A stretch of 64,000 nt of DNA from Lepidodermella squamata (GCA_047495785.1 JBLDXI010000015.1:2046001-2110000), one strand, 5' to 3'; shown: positions 22,742 through 37,197, numbered from the stretch's first letter. A program made the numbers and translations. The notes: generated by a model not told the origin, from the letters alone.

Positions 22742-24192
22742 TTAAGCTGATTCAGATACTTGCTGCTTGACCGCGTAGTACCTTTCCAAGTCGAATTCTT
22801 CGCTTAGTTTGTCTTTTAAAATCTCAGCGATAACGAAAGACGATGTAGCACCGCTTGAAGGAATGTTCCGTACATGCAAAACGTGAGATCTTTCCGCTCG
22901 GTCTACTTTCAAGTCATTGACCAGGGCACCATCTTCCGCCACAGCTTGAGCTCTAACGCCGATCGGACCTCGAAATACGTCGTCAACTCGGAGGTTTGGA
23001 ACCATTTTCTGGAGAGATTTTACATGAGCCTCCAAGCTCAATGCTCGCATAGCTTCAAATAAGCTGTATGAAAAACATTTCGCCCCTCGGTCTATCAAGC
23101 CTGAAAATTGAAGGTATTCCAGATTTTTGTCCAATGTCAATTCATTAAGTGATAAAATAGGCTGTTCCAGGGGTATATCCAAAACTGCGTTCGGGCCAAG
23201 CCAAATGCTCCCATCAACCTGTTGGATAAAATGAGCGCCCAAAAAAGGCAGTTTCGGATTTGGCACCGGGAAAACGTTTGTTTTTGTCAATTTTTCCGCA
23301 TTTTGCTTCAAAATCAAATATTCTCCGCGAAATGCGACCATTTTAGGGTACGGCGAGCAACCAGTCATGGCGGCTAACCGATCCGATTGAATACCGCCGC
23401 AAGTTATAGCCCAGCGGCTTTGTATGACCTTGTTGCCATCGGCTACAATTGAAACTGGGTAGATTTCGGTTTCCAAGTCGGGCGTCATTGGAGTTGCCTC
23501 TCGGAACGCTTCCACCTCGAAATCGGTTAGAGTTTCGCCGCCCAGTTGGCGAAAATCATGAACTAAGTGCCGAGTCAACATGCCGTAATTGACTACTGCG
23601 GAATTCGGTGAATAAATTGCTTTCAAGCCCTAGTTTCTCGAAATTAAAATCCAAAAGCAACGATTTCAAAAATGACCTTACCTGGCAATTCTTCTCAATT
23701 TTTTGAATTTCATTGCCATCGATTAAGCTGACGTCTTTAATACCGATCTGCTGACTTTTTCGATAAATTTCTTCAACCAATGGGACTTCGAGAGGATGAG
23801 TCGCTATAATTAACTTAACAATAATTGAGCTCAGTAAAATTTGAATAAAGGATATCATTTTGCTAACCTTCCCATTCATTTTGTAATGTATTCGTTTTTC
23901 GTCGCAAAATCTGAAAATTTTACTTGAGCCATTCATGCAGAGTTCGGCTTGGTTTGGCTGTGAGGAGTGAAGTAGGCCGTCGAAAACAATGCCAGAATTA
24001 CAGCCCGATTGGTGAAGCCCTGTGGTAACTCAATGCATCGAGAATTTATGCAAAATTCACGAGCTAACCGAATTTCGACTCCTTTTCAAGCAAAATCACG
24101 CTAAGTTTCGGAAAGCTCAGTTTTACTTGTCTAGCTGTGGCTGCGCCGAAAATCCCGCCACCAATAACAGCCAAGTCGTAAAATTTATTCAT
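22742..24192 (-). CDS. L-2-hydroxyglutarate dehydrogenase-like paralog B (divergent), 4 exons
   Basis: YDLAVIGGGIFG FAD-binding motif, FRGEYL, PVPNPKLPFLGAHF, GPNAV, GVRAQA; same intron positions as paralog A. Confidence 0.85.
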
Positions 24193-24396
24193 TTCTATCA
24201 CAAAGTAAATACAATAGCGATCTGGTATTAATATCGTTATCCTCTTTATTTCGAGAAATGAAATTTCTCCGAGAGCGAATCTCAACAATCGGATAATCAA
24301 ACCTCGCATTACACAGTTCATTTCCAACCTTCACGGCTTTAGTTTCAATCAAGTTCTTTTATAAAATTATATCTAGAAAGTCTTCAAGTTTTTTTT

Positions 24397-25853
24397 TCAA
24401 GCCGGTGGGTAAACTTTGGCAAGGCCAAATTCCGAGCTAATTTTATCCGTAATCATTTCGGCGATCGAAAGCGAGGAAGTTGCAGCCGGGGATGGGGCGT
24501 TTCGAACGTGTAGTACTGAGGCGCCGAGACCGGAGCCAGAAGCTCGGTCGAAAAGAAAATCATCGACCATTTTACCATCGGCACCCACGGCCTGGGCCCT
24601 AATTCCAACGGGGCCTCGAACACAATCGGAAACTTGCAATTGCGGGACGAACCGCTGCAGCTCTTTCACCTGGGCTGGTAGATTCAGCGATCGAAACGCC
24701 TCGCCCAAGCCATATGAAAAGTTTTTAGCTCCCAGCTTGAACAAACCAGGGAAAGCAGCGTAGTCTAGAATATCACCCAGCCTGAAATCGGCCGGCCAAC
24801 GGGCGTACTTCTCTCGTGATAAAGCTAGCACAGCATTAGGTCCGAGCCAAACGCTTCCGTCCATTCGTGGCGTGAAATGAACACCCAAGAAAGGCAATTT
24901 CGGATCTGGCACCGGGTAAATGTTCATTTTGATAAGATTCGATCTTTCCGGCTTCAGAATCATGTACTCGCCGCGAAACGGTACAATTTTCGGGCTGGGC
25001 GAGCAGCCGGTCATTACTGCGAGGCGGTCAGATTGCAAGCCGCCGCAAGTTACAGCCCATCGGCAGTGAACTGCCTTATCGCCTTTTCCAATGACCGTCA
25101 CTGGGTAAGTTTCACTTTCATTAGTGCCGATTACTGTCTTTGTATCTTTAAATGCTTCAACCTCGAAACCAGTCATCGACTGCCCGCCTCGCTTACGAAA
25201 GTCTTGCACAAGAGAGCGAGTCATCAAGCCGTAATCAATGATTCCGGTATTGGGTGAATGAATCGCTTTTATGCCCTGTTAACATAATCATTAGTAAAAC
25301 TCGTAATCCGGCGAATCTATATAACATACTGTGCAGTTGGGCTCCATTTGTTTTATACCAGCCCTGTCTACCAGTTTGATATCTTTCAGCCCGTTTTGAA
25401 GACCTCGTTGGAAGAGGTTTTCTAAAATTGGAACTTCTTTTTGACGAGTTGCCACAATTAGCTGGAAATAATTTGGGCGATACATTCGGATTTAATGATT
25501 GGTCGCAAGATTAAAAATGTTACCTTTCCAACTTTCTTGTATGGAATTTTATTTTCATCGCAGTAGTCGTAAATTTTACGAGCTCCCTCAATGCAGAGCT
25601 TCGCCTTCAATGATCCAGGAGTGTAATAGATGCCAGCATGGATCACACCCGAATTATGACCCGTTTGATGGAGGGCTGTTATCAAAATTGTAGAAGATTA
25701 ATAAGGCATTGGAGGGCAAACAAACTTACAGAATTCCTTTTCTTTTTCCAGCAACATTACAGAACATTTCGGAAAGCTCATCTTGACTTGCCGAGCGGTA
25801 GCGGCGCCAACAATGCCACCGCCGACTATTACCAGGTCGTAAAACTTGCTCAT
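24397..25853 (-). CDS. L2HGDH: L-2-hydroxyglutarate dehydrogenase (exons 25853-25730, 25675-25524, 25461-25330, 25275-24397)
   Basis: [68 protein letters not shown]. Confidence 0.93.
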
Positions 25854-26554
25854 ATCGAACAGATTACAAAAAATCTAGAACATGAAATAAATTTATAAAT
25901 GAAGCCTGAAAAAAGCTGCCAGCCCAGCCAAGCGCAATGAGTTCTGCAGTCCTTTAAATTCTAAATCATGGGTAAAAATGCCTCAGAGTTTACCATTGAA
26001 ATAATGCAAAATTGATCAAAATGGGATTGGAAACCAAGGACCAAAGAGCCAGACTATGCTCCACTATAGTGGAGCAGGGTACCTTCAAAAAGAGCAGCAA
26101 GGTCAAGCGTGAAGCAACAGTCGATAACTGCACTCCAAAGACATCTGCCAGTTGTAGTTGTCACAATGCGCGATTAATTGAGATGACCGATGCAAATAAT
26201 CATGGAATGAATGACCCCATGGAGGAAAACCCTAACCTTCGCCCTAAATTATGACGCGTCCATAAAGCATGCGCGTCCATGAAAACACAGGAAAAAAGTG
26301 GGTGAAACTAGGCCGGTTTTAGCGTCATCGATTGAACCTAAAAAAAACTGAAAGATACCGCCAAAACTAATATTTTCACCCATAATTATTTTTGCATCTC
26401 AATAATTTATGAAATATTTTTTGTTTAATTTTTTTATTAATTATGTTGTCATAGTTACGAACACGCTGCGGCCCAGGTTGGATCTCTCGACCGCGAAAAG
26501 GCACCGAATTTCATATGCAGTGCTCATTCTAGCATATGTAGCTAACCAGTTCCG

Positions 26555-29500
26555 ATGATGAAGGGTATGAATTTTCTTTATTAAATGTATTTAATGCTTT
26601 TAATGTCTGTTGTTCTTAGTAGGTGCAAAGATTCAATCGGATACGTTGGAGGACAATCTTGTTTGTGATGATTTGTTTTACGAATACTTTTCGACATTCT
26701 TATCTCTTCCGGTTTGTTTATCTCTTTCTGGAAATATCTCTTCGAGCTATTATATTAACAGTGTTTTCCTTCGCGTGTTTGCTATAACCGCTTGACGGGC
26801 GGTATCGAACTTATCGAGGCTGAGGATAATTACGCAGATGAAAATCCAGTCATTTCTATTCAATGGGCTTACGACCGAGATAGAACCGCTGTGGCGAGGC
26901 GCACCAATACTGTGGGCTATACAGAAGACCGGCGACAGCGTATGCTGCTATGGACAGCCGATGATCGGCTTCCTTTGTTCCTAAAATCACCTCTATATCG
27001 CGAGTTCAAACTTTGTAGACATCTGCTGAAACGTTTGTTTTCATCGTTTAATGGTTGTCGCGGGGCTTAGATTTTCAATTTCAGCTGTTGACTTGTCCAA
27101 GCCAAGAAGTGGAAGAGTGAGAGGATATAGTTTGGACACTGACGCTGTTAGCTCATTGACTACTGCTGCTAAATCTCAAAGCGCTGGCGCCGATGTCGAC
27201 GAATCGTCAGACGACCGGGGCGGAGCTGCTGACGACTGGTTCCGCCAGCTTGCGTCGGCTTACCGTCACATGCGTCCTTCCAGTCAAGCAATAAGCTTAC
27301 CGCCCAAACTTGAATGTAAGACCTGTATTTTTCTATAGTTATTTTATATAATTTTATCATACTAGATCCTGGATTTTCGAGGTATTTAGAATCGAGCGGG
27401 GATGGTAATGGAAAGGACACACCCGGCGGCTCATATAAGAGTACACATGGCGGGTCTTCTCATAGATTTTCTCAAGATATGCTCAGCCATCCGTCGGATG
27501 CCCTTGCAGGCAAGGCTCGCTCAGCCGCTTCATCAACTAGCGAAACTTCCTCAACCGCTTCTTCTGACCACAAGCGACCAATTTCAAACCGTCATGGAAA
27601 TCCTCGTCAAAGTGATCGCCATTTAGACGATAGCACATCACAAGGTTCTTATTACAACCGAGTCGTTTCCGCTCCATCGAAAGTGGGCAAATCTTCAACA
27701 AGCATTAGTGAAGCAACGAATGAAGATGATGAAGAGCTGGAAGACGACGATGATGGTAACGAAAGCGACGATGAAGCTGAGGATGACGAGTCTGATTCGA
27801 GAGCCGAACCGCAGAGCGGCCGGAAGACTTATCTCGTTGAGAATAGCCGTGGAGAGCATCGCCGTCAAACAAAGGAAGCGCATGCAGCAGTTAGTATGCT
27901 GGAGCGAAAACACGGACGCTCAATGCAGGAGTTAAAGGAACTAGTTCTGGCAAACGTGAGTCCTATTCAATGATGCAAGCCTTATATTATCAAAGCTTTT
28001 ATTTTGCAGCTATCAGGCATGCAGTCCTTTCGCTCATTTCTTGAGGGAACTTCCGGCGGAAAATTGTATGATTTTTGGCTCGAATGTGAGCGGTACAAAG
28101 ACGAGTACGAACCAGTCGCTGACCAGGAGGAGAAGAGACGCCAGCGGCAGTTGTACCGGAATATTCTCGATTTATTCGGATCTCTGCTGACCGAAGAAGT
28201 TCGGTCTGACCTCCATCAGGTTTTCAGCGATGGCGAAATAGATCGAACAACCCTCGCGAGACCTCAATACGGAGCTCTACGTAGACTCCGCGTCTACTGG
28301 CTGCCTCGTTACGTTCTGCATTGCGAACGAATTGGAATGCTGAATAACGATTTCGGATTTCCGAGAAACCAAACTTCGCTGAGAAGAGCTTCTTCCTATA
28401 CCCCTCTGTCCTTCCCTTCGCTAGCTTTAGGCTCATGGATTTGCTCGCTTCATTCCATCGGATTTTGGACATTGCAAAACGGCTCAAGTCGACCTCAATC
28501 TCGCGCTACCGTTATTTCAGGTATTCAAAACCAAATTCTATCGCCTGTTTCGGAGGGCTACGGCTCGATGAGCGATGCCGATGGTTCCGAGCCGTCGTTG
28601 CGAGATAAACTAATCTCCGCCCTAATGTATGAATCATTGGGCGGAGGTCCGTTGACTCGATTCGCGAGGCGAGAAAGGCGACGAGTTCTATGGAATATGT
28701 TGAATTTCCACCGAGATGTCGCCGAGTTGACGACGCTAGTCAGTTGTTTGAGAAACGACCGTTTGCTGCGGCGGGAGCGTTACTGGAGCATTTACACCAA
28801 ATATATCGACCCTGAGGGCAAAAATAGTATAGAATGCGTGCCGAATGTAGCTGCGAAGATTCACGCAGCCCTATCGCTGGGTGATTCGAATTCTTTCGTG
28901 TTGAAACCCGCGGTGTTCACGGAAGCTCAACTGATGACTATCGACAAAATAATGCCGCACTGGCTTGATTTTTTGAAAACAGACGCGTTAACTTCGCTAA
29001 CTGCAATTTGCGTGATTGACGCGAATAAAGATCCAAGCAACGGCCCGGCTGATCGTAAACTTCGCACGGATGACGCTGAATTTGCCGCCGATCAATGCAT
29101 GCTGATTATTAAATTGAAGAAATGGATCAGGCGGTATGTTGGCGAGACGCCGCCCGGGGCGCTCACCCCGGCTCTCACCAGCGCTAGGGGCCGGCATAAT
29201 AACCTTGAAGATTCGCTATGGGACGCGGCGAGTCAAGCCAGGTGGCGAAAATGGCTGGCGGAACAACGGCGGTCGGCTGATCGTCATCGAAGGGAGGACG
29301 TTCGAGCGGCCTACAATCGACTGGCCGAAGCGCGTAGACAAGCGGCAAATGCGAACCGCCTCAATCGCGTAAGTCCAATATTTTTTTAAGAATTTTTAGA
29401 AATTTAATTTTAGATATTGTAAAGAGAAATTTATTGACAGCTGATACCCCGATATCGATGGGGAATGACTGACAGGGAATCAATGATGCATGAAAATTTT

Positions 29501-32500
29501 CACATTTTTTTTTTAATTTTTGCTTGAAAATGAATTTTACACGGATGAAATCACGCAATGTCTTGCATGGGAAAAAATTTAGGAATTAATTTTCGTCCAA
29601 TTTTTTAAATTTTGCTGATCTACAATCGTAGCGCAGTTTTCAGTGTTTAAATCATCTCGGAACATTCCATTTATTATTATTTATTTTTCGAATAAAATCA
29701 CAAATGTTATTATTGGAATAGAAACTCGTTGAACCGACGCAGATCGACACCCCAGTTCAATTTGACGTAAATGATAAATACCTTTAAAAAATTAATGGCG
29801 AGACAAATCGCACACAAGACCCGATTTTTGGCGAACCCTGCTTCATCTTTTACACATCGCGCTGCCTGTTTAAATGGAACACTTCTCGACCAGTTCATCT
29901 CGTAGACCTATTTTATTAACAATTATCAATTTGAAGCAAATAGCAAATCCCCATCGTTATTTTTTTGATAGCGTTTCACGAACCTAAAAACAACGCGCTC
30001 TAACAGACATGGCTTTTATATCAATTTTTTTCACCTGTACAAAAAAAAATCGCTTCGAAGAATCACTATTTTGATTTTGCATCACGATTGTTAAAACCAG
30101 GTTCCAAAGCCGAAACAAATGGCGAAAGAACGCGAAGATGCGGCTGAAGTTCAGTTATTGGATCGGGTTTTCGACAATAAAGTGTAAATAAAATTTACGG
30201 AATTTTTTCATAATTTAATTTAATTTTGTCTCCTCGGAAGTCTCCTCGGAATGTTTCGAAAGGGTCTTGAATCTATTCCTGATGTGGCTGAAATGATGGG
30301 CGCCTATCAGGCTCTAGTAACTTTCAGCCGCGAAGAACCTGGCCAAAAACGTGACCAGCAAGCCGTTTACTGCTACAAACAGTACATCGACCAATCGTCG
30401 CCTAATCACCTCAATTTGGAAACTCTCATCGACCAGCCGGAATTAAGGCATAGCCTATCTACGGGTCTAGTTATGGAAGACGCGGTTAGGCCATCTTCGG
30501 CTTCTCTTAACGAATTGCGGCGAGTTATGGCCGGCAAATTTACCATGGATCTTCAAACATTCCTTAAAGTAAACGATCAGATCAAGTGAAAATTGTTTGA
30601 TCAATTTTTTTATTTTCAGAAACAATCTGAAATTTTGGGGCTGGAACCAGCTGCGATTGTTGCTATGGGTCCTGATGCACTGAAAGCTAGGGTTCGGCAG
30701 CAAAAAGCTGAACAAATCGCTTCTAAGCAACGAGAAGGCCGGGTAAGCTTTCGATTTTTTGTCCCTTAGAACCTTCAGAAATTAACGGATCTTATCAGAG
30801 AAAGTTTAGGTCCCAGCAACCGCAATTTTCTTCTTTCAAGGTTGAAATGAATAGAAAATTTCTGCTGAGCTTAAAATCACAATTTAGATTTATGGAATGA
30901 TCACATTAGAAAAATTGTTGTTTATATCTTGTTTGTGGTATGAAATCAATTTTAGCGTTCGTCTGTGGCCAGTGATGACGATGGTTTACCGATGGTAGGA
31001 ATCACGAATGCACGAAATATTGTTTCAAATTATTTTTTCGGCTTGCAATTTTGCCTTGTTTATTTAAAAAAAAAGGAATATGAATTTTGATAATTGTTTT
31101 TCATTTTTGTCTCTCAAAGTTGCGAAGAGGCGAGGCTGTCGGCGGCAAAGCTCCGGCTACGCGTGAAGATCGCGCCGAATTAGCTCAAATGCTTTCGATG
31201 GCGGCGTATGGGCCTCTTCCGAAGCGTCTCGTCGCCTTCCGCCGTTACGTTTGCTACTTTTCGGAAATTGACAAAGTTCCCATGCTCGAAAATGACCTAC
31301 TTTTCTGCATCGAAGCCTTCAGATTCAAGGTAAAATTCAGTTGGAAAATATTTGTTCCAGTTGGGAAAAATTAATTTTTTCAAAATTTTCAAAATTTCAA
31401 AAAAATTCAAAACGTAAAATATACTAATTTTAATATTTTTTCAAAATTAGGTCGCTTGCCATCCAGATCAGGACGAACAGTGGTTGAAGCGAAAATTGAT
31501 GGCTGTAGTTGATACCTACATGGAGACAGTATCAACGCCTGCCTGCCAGCTGGACATTCCAGCTGATATGAGTGACCGGTTCGCGAAAGCGCTGCGGCGT
31601 AGTGCGATGACGCTAGAATTTTCGCCGAATCTTCTCGAAGAAATTTTAACGACTCTCATGAACACATACATCTATCAATACTACGCCGGGTTCAGGCGAG
31701 TGCTCAACGAATCGCCTGAAACTGAAGAAAACGTTCTCACGCAACGTAAGCAATATTCTTGAATTGGAGAATGAGATTAAATGATTACAGCAATATTGGG
31801 ACAAAATCATGACCCATAATTTGTCTGATCATTTTTGAGCCCGCAATTTTTCGGAATATACCCATTTTTCCAAAACTGAACTTGCGAAAGGCATTTCCTA
31901 CCCATCATCCTCGATTTCACCGATGATATTAAATATTTATTGGGAAACCCCGGAAAAACCCGAATAAGTATCATAAATTATAAGGCTACGGAAGAAATTA
32001 CAGTGAATAGGGATCAGAAACTCTAAAACAGAGATTATTTCTGATCTAACGGCCAATTGGCATTCAAATGCTGTGAAACTGCTCATCAACCATGAAAATT
32101 GTCACACAATATAGAAAAACCCGAAGAATCCATTCAAGACTGGTAAAAAACCGATAATTACCGAACAATCGGGTTTTTCAAGTTTTCTTCGGTAAATCGT
32201 AGGTAAAAAGCTTCTATGGGCTATTATTAAGTAAAAGTACCAAATTCATCTACAAAAAGAAGTGGGACAACTTGAGACACCTTGTTTGACTGGACTAGTT
32301 TTCTCAGGATTTTTTCCCGTGTCCAGTGAGTTTATCACCATTATCATGAAATTTCATAATTTTTTCGGGCCAAGAGTTAGGGCATTGCTTTCCAATTTAG
32401 AAATGTTTCCTTTGGTCACGAGGCACCTTTTAATAACAAATTATTCCTTAAATTTAGTATTTTTCAAAATTTTCTTTATTCATTGTTCATATTTTTTTAT

Positions 32501-33293
32501 TTTTTTTATTCTAGCAACGAAAAAGGAGAAAGTCCTAATTCAGCGGCATCGCCAATTCGAAGATTTCAAACAACCGCCAGCTCGGAGAATCAACAAACTA
32601 CCGCCTGTACCTCATACTGGACATCACGCTCCGCAAGGGGTCGTCTACAGTCTTCATTTTACGCTATCCGAAGGCGCTACTTGGAAGGTAAATTTTCTAG
32701 AATTTTTCCCAAAATTACCGAAAAAAAGAACAATTTAATTAAAAAAAATTTCTAAAATATTATCAAGCGAGTGCATCATGAGAAAAAACATGATGAAATA
32801 CAGCTGCTGCTGCTGCCACCACAGCCAATAGAGCATGACGCTAGTACTAATAGTACTCGAAATAATCAGGTTAATACTTTAGATCGTCAGGTTGCATGAA
32901 AGTTGTCCTCTTGTCGTGCTTTTTCATCCCTTGTAAAACAAAAAAACAGCCAGGAAATGACGTCCCAAATGAATCATCAGCACCTTTACAGCCTGTTGTT
33001 GAGGAAGAAAAAAACGCAGAGGCCGCACAAGAGGTGTTATATCAAACCTATATGTATTTTCCTACGTGTTAGCCAGACAAAAACTCAGTAGAAAAATATT
33101 TAAAAAAAAATTAGATTAAAAATCGTCCGTTTTTTGTCAAATGTCCGTTTAGCGAAAAAGTAATAATTTTTGAACAATTGAAAAATTATCCATTAATTAT
33201 TTGAAACAGTCGAAAGCAGCCGAGGTTCAGGATGGTGATGGTTTTCATGACGGAGCCAGTCACGCTCCAACGGCCGTTCCTACAGCTCGTTGA
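26555..33293 (+). CDS. RGS22: Regulator of G-protein signalling 22-like multi-exon gene (outer boundaries approximate)
   Basis: N-terminal LEDNLVCDDLFYEYFSTFLSLP and RLPLFLKSPLYREFKLC; RGS-like blocks FRSFLEGTSGGKLYDFWLECERYK, LRVYWLPRY, LENDLLFCIEAFRFK; many short GT-AG introns. Confidence 0.8.
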
Positions 33294-34032
33294 TGGTATT
33301 AGGATGTGTCGCTATTAGTTCTATATTCCAGTCATTTTTTTATTTTATAATTTCGAACCTATAACTGCTTGTTACTGTGTTCCTAGCGCCGAAATTTAGA
33401 TTAATTTCCAAAATTAATTCGAATTTTTTTGTGTCTAGGAAACTGAGCTGAAAAATCACCGTCTTCTCGGGCCTGGTTACCTGCACAAGGGACATTCAAC
33501 AATTATGAGCGAGCCGACTCAAACTGAAATGAACGCTTCTGCTGGAGATTCGCATTGACTGTAGCTTATTATTTTTTAAAGAAATCTTCCTTAAATTTAA
33601 ATTTTGTTATTTTTTTTATGTTGTGATTTGCCGGTTCGAAATCGAAATTATTTCATTCCTCTCGACTTATTTTTTATACGCATCAAAACACTCATTGTTA
33701 TATTGTCGCGGAATAAAACAACGATTTTTTATGAAAAATATTTTTTGCCTCTTTATTCGCAAATCTTTCAACAACTCGCAATAAGCAAAACTTGAGAGTC
33801 AGTTAAGCCACAAAAAATTATTACGACTCCGAAAAAAAACAACAAATAACCGAAATTTCAAAAGAGCGGTTTTTTGAAATTTTTTTGCTCAGTTTAAAAT
33901 TCCATTCAATAAAGCGACATAGCACCTAAAAAAAATGTAGGTAATAAAATTCCTTGGATGCTGAATTCAGGCATCGCATAGAAAGAACTAATCGAATTTC
34001 GTTATATTATTACTTTGGAAATTATTCGAATT

Positions 34033-35030
34033 TCACCACTGATACCATCGTTTATTTTTCTCGCGTTCAGCAATTTGCCGCGCTAGTTGGCTGAAGGCCA
34101 TGCCTGACGTAGCCATGCGTTCCGACGCATCCTCGGTGTCCTTCAAATTTTCACCGCGCTCGTGGGCTGCTTGCTTCATGCGAAGAAACGCATTGCCGTT
34201 CCGCGTGATTGGATCGGACGATATCGAGCGGCGAATTCGGCCGGCTCGCGGGGCGGATAGGAAATTGCGTAAATTCACGATATCATCGCCACTATCAGCT
34301 GATTTCGGTGACGGCTGATTCGCTGTGGCATTTGTTGGCTTGTGAACCGAGGCGTTTGTGTTATAACGCCGAATAGGGGCAGGTGTGTAGGAATTAGGGC
34401 GGCCGTTCACCGGGGAATCGTTACCGCTGTTATTGCTAAATGAAGTAATGCCGTAGCGTTCGACTAGATTCCGGAAAAGACTCGTAGTAGATGATTGCTG
34501 AAAATTAAAATTAAAATTAAATTTTCAAAATTTGAAATTAAAATAGAATTTTCATGAAATTAAAAAAAATCCTTACTTACCCTCCCAACTGTTGCTAAGG
34601 AAGGCCGGTTAGTATTTACGCTCGTGCTGCTATCGCGGGGTTTCGAAACCTCTGAATCTCGACTATTTTGCTTCAACATCGAGTTCCTCGACTGACTCCG
34701 AGCCGCGGCCGAATTGCCATTCGCCGCCGCTAAAATCGGAGCCGAGGCGTTTTTACTAAAATTACTATTGCTATTAATCGGAGGCAGGGCAGCAGTGTAG
34801 TCACTGATACGTGGCGCCGCGGCAGGTGTCGGTGGTTCTGTCGAGGCTGGTTTCTCGTCCACGCCATCGATAGGCCGTTGTTTCGGCCTGGCGCCGTTCA
34901 TGGCCAGGAAGCGGCTGATGCGAGGGATGCATCGCAAAAAATTCACCGGTTTAGAGAGAGTCGAACTGGTATCTCCAGGTGTAGGTGCACTCGACCGTGA
35001 CCGGTATTTTAATTTGGCCTTGGCAGGCAT
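34033..35030 (-). CDS. 304-aa protein: low-complexity N-terminus plus a C-terminal tomosyn-type R-SNARE motif (exons 35030-34581, 34497-34033)
   Basis: AAHERGENLKDTEDASERM..F..LA......KNKRWYQW resembles the tomosyn C-terminus (ERG..L...KKWYQF); in-frame GT-AG intron. Confidence 0.75.
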
Positions 35031-36905
35031 AATAAAATGCTAAAAACATCAATATTAAAAAATCCGTCTTAATAATCTTTGCTTTGTTCACTCAATATTA
35101 AAATATTAGATAAGCAAGAGTAGAAAAAATTATTTCGAAAATTGGTTGGCAAGAATTGAGGCGACTTGGGTCACATGATTGAATTAGCAGTCGCGAATGG
35201 CTAATAAATTCTGAAAAAACAATTTCACACTTGAAAATTGAGAAAAATTTGGCACAGGGGGCCTGGATAGCCGCTCTTGCCGCAAATCTCGCAGGAATCG
35301 GCGAAATCAGCGGCTGTGCGTGTTTGAAAAAAATAATTATTGTCATAGCACTTGAAATTTTCCTTCATCGCGCGCGCATCGAGTGTCATGTAGTACGCGC
35401 CGCCTGCACGCTTCAACGCGGCGCGGAGAAGAGGAAAAAATTGAGCTCCGACTTGTGTGTGTGAGAAAGAGAGAGTGTATAATGTACCGCGCCTCCCTTG
35501 AGTGTTCTTTTTCGCGACGCGTTGTTTGAATGAAGCCGCATGATGCGCAATGTGTGAGAAATAAAATAATATATTACGCGCTCTATTAACGCGTGAGATG
35601 GTGATAAGAAAACAAAAAAAATTGGCGAATATCGCCACCATAATATATAATATTAGTTTAATTTATTATTACTCAACAAGTTGGCGCAGTTAATTTGCTG
35701 CAGAAGCAATAAAAACCGGGAACAAATAATAACCGCGGACCATGTCAAACAATATTAAGGAATAATACAGATGGGGTTGCCAAAAACAGAGAAAAAGAAC
35801 TCGATATTTGCCCCATTTATAGATATGGAGATGAAAAATATACTATCTTTCTGCGTTCAGAGCTGTTAGAGAAAGCGGGAAGTATGCCTATAATAAATAT
35901 GATAAATCCCAAGGGTGCCGTAATAGGCAATCACTTCATCCCCTAATTTGCGACCGCTCAATCACATACAAAAAATCGGCATCTAAGTTTGACCGATTTA
36001 AATGCATGCTTTTGCTATGAGACATATGTGAAAGATGGGAAAGCACCAGATCGGAAGGCAGTTCATTATGGTGTCATTTTTCGTTGATTCAAAACGATCG
36101 GCGCTGTTTTTTTTCCTGTGAAAATGAGCTTGGCACACTTGATATCGTGTGCAGCAAAAATTTCGCATTTTTTTGGATTGATTTCACAAAACAATTAGAT
36201 GAAGCGCGGCGTTGAAAATTGATTTTCCTTTCGCTAATGCATCATTTAATAGCAGCTGGTGAAAACAATTATTTTGTGATGAGCTGTTGATTTCTGAAAA
36301 TTTAGCTACCTATTGTAAAAAAATCAGCGTTATTTAAGCTAAAGAATCTGTTATAGCATTATTTAGGTACGAACTAGTTTTCAAATCTAGCGCAATATTA
36401 AGACTGCGAACTTGCAAGTGGCTACTTCTGGCCTCGAGCTGTCGTACTGATGAAGTAGCCCCCGAAGCGCTATTTTTTACGTGTCTCAAGTAGGGCATTG
36501 TATAGTATAAAAATCTGAATGAATGTTCTAAAACTATACAAATCGAGCTTTCCACCATGCGTGATAGACTACTACCCCGTGAAAAACGAAAGCTTACTTT
36601 AGAGGGTATCTATGAAATACCAAGCGTATACGCTGTTTATTTAGGGAATAAGTAAGTTGGAGACATAATTTAGTAATAAGGAATAGTAAATTAAGCCTAT
36701 AGGGATTAGAGACATCTCTTGGCAACAAGGCACTCGCCATTGTTCCCACATCGACTTCATAATTATCAGAAAAAAAGGAGAACGCGAGTCAGAAGGAATA
36801 GTATGTAATATAGGCTGCGGAAAAGCCGAGCGGTGATGCGCGAGAGGCACACGACTTGGGATATTTTGCGGGGCAGGTTGGATCAAAATGTTGTAAAACG
36901 ATGGC

Positions 36906-36979
36906 AGGTTCCGGCCGGGTTCGAACCCGCGACCTTCTGCGTGTAAAGCAGACGTGATGAGCCACTACACAACGGAACC
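36906..36979 (-). tRNA. tRNA-Val(TAC)
   Basis: Cloverleaf; anticodon arm TCTGC-TT-TAC-AC-GCAGA. Confidence 0.9.
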
Positions 36980-37052
36980 TGTTAGAGCTATACATCAGAT
37001 AAAGGCGTTTGAAATTGGACAGTTTCATAACAGTTTCTATGTTTAAAAACAT

Positions 37053-37124
37053 TGGAGATGCCGGGGTTTGAACCCGGGACATCTTACATGCAAAGCAAGC
37101 GCTCTACCACTGAGCTACATCCCC
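37053..37124 (-). tRNA. tRNA-Ala(TGC)
   Basis: GGGGATGTAGCTCAGTGG..; G3:U70 pair. Confidence 0.93.
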
Positions 37125-37197
37125 AGATGATTTCAGTATACTTTAATCCTCTTTTAATGGCAATGGAACCTTTTCGAAGTTGGAAAAACGTTCGACG

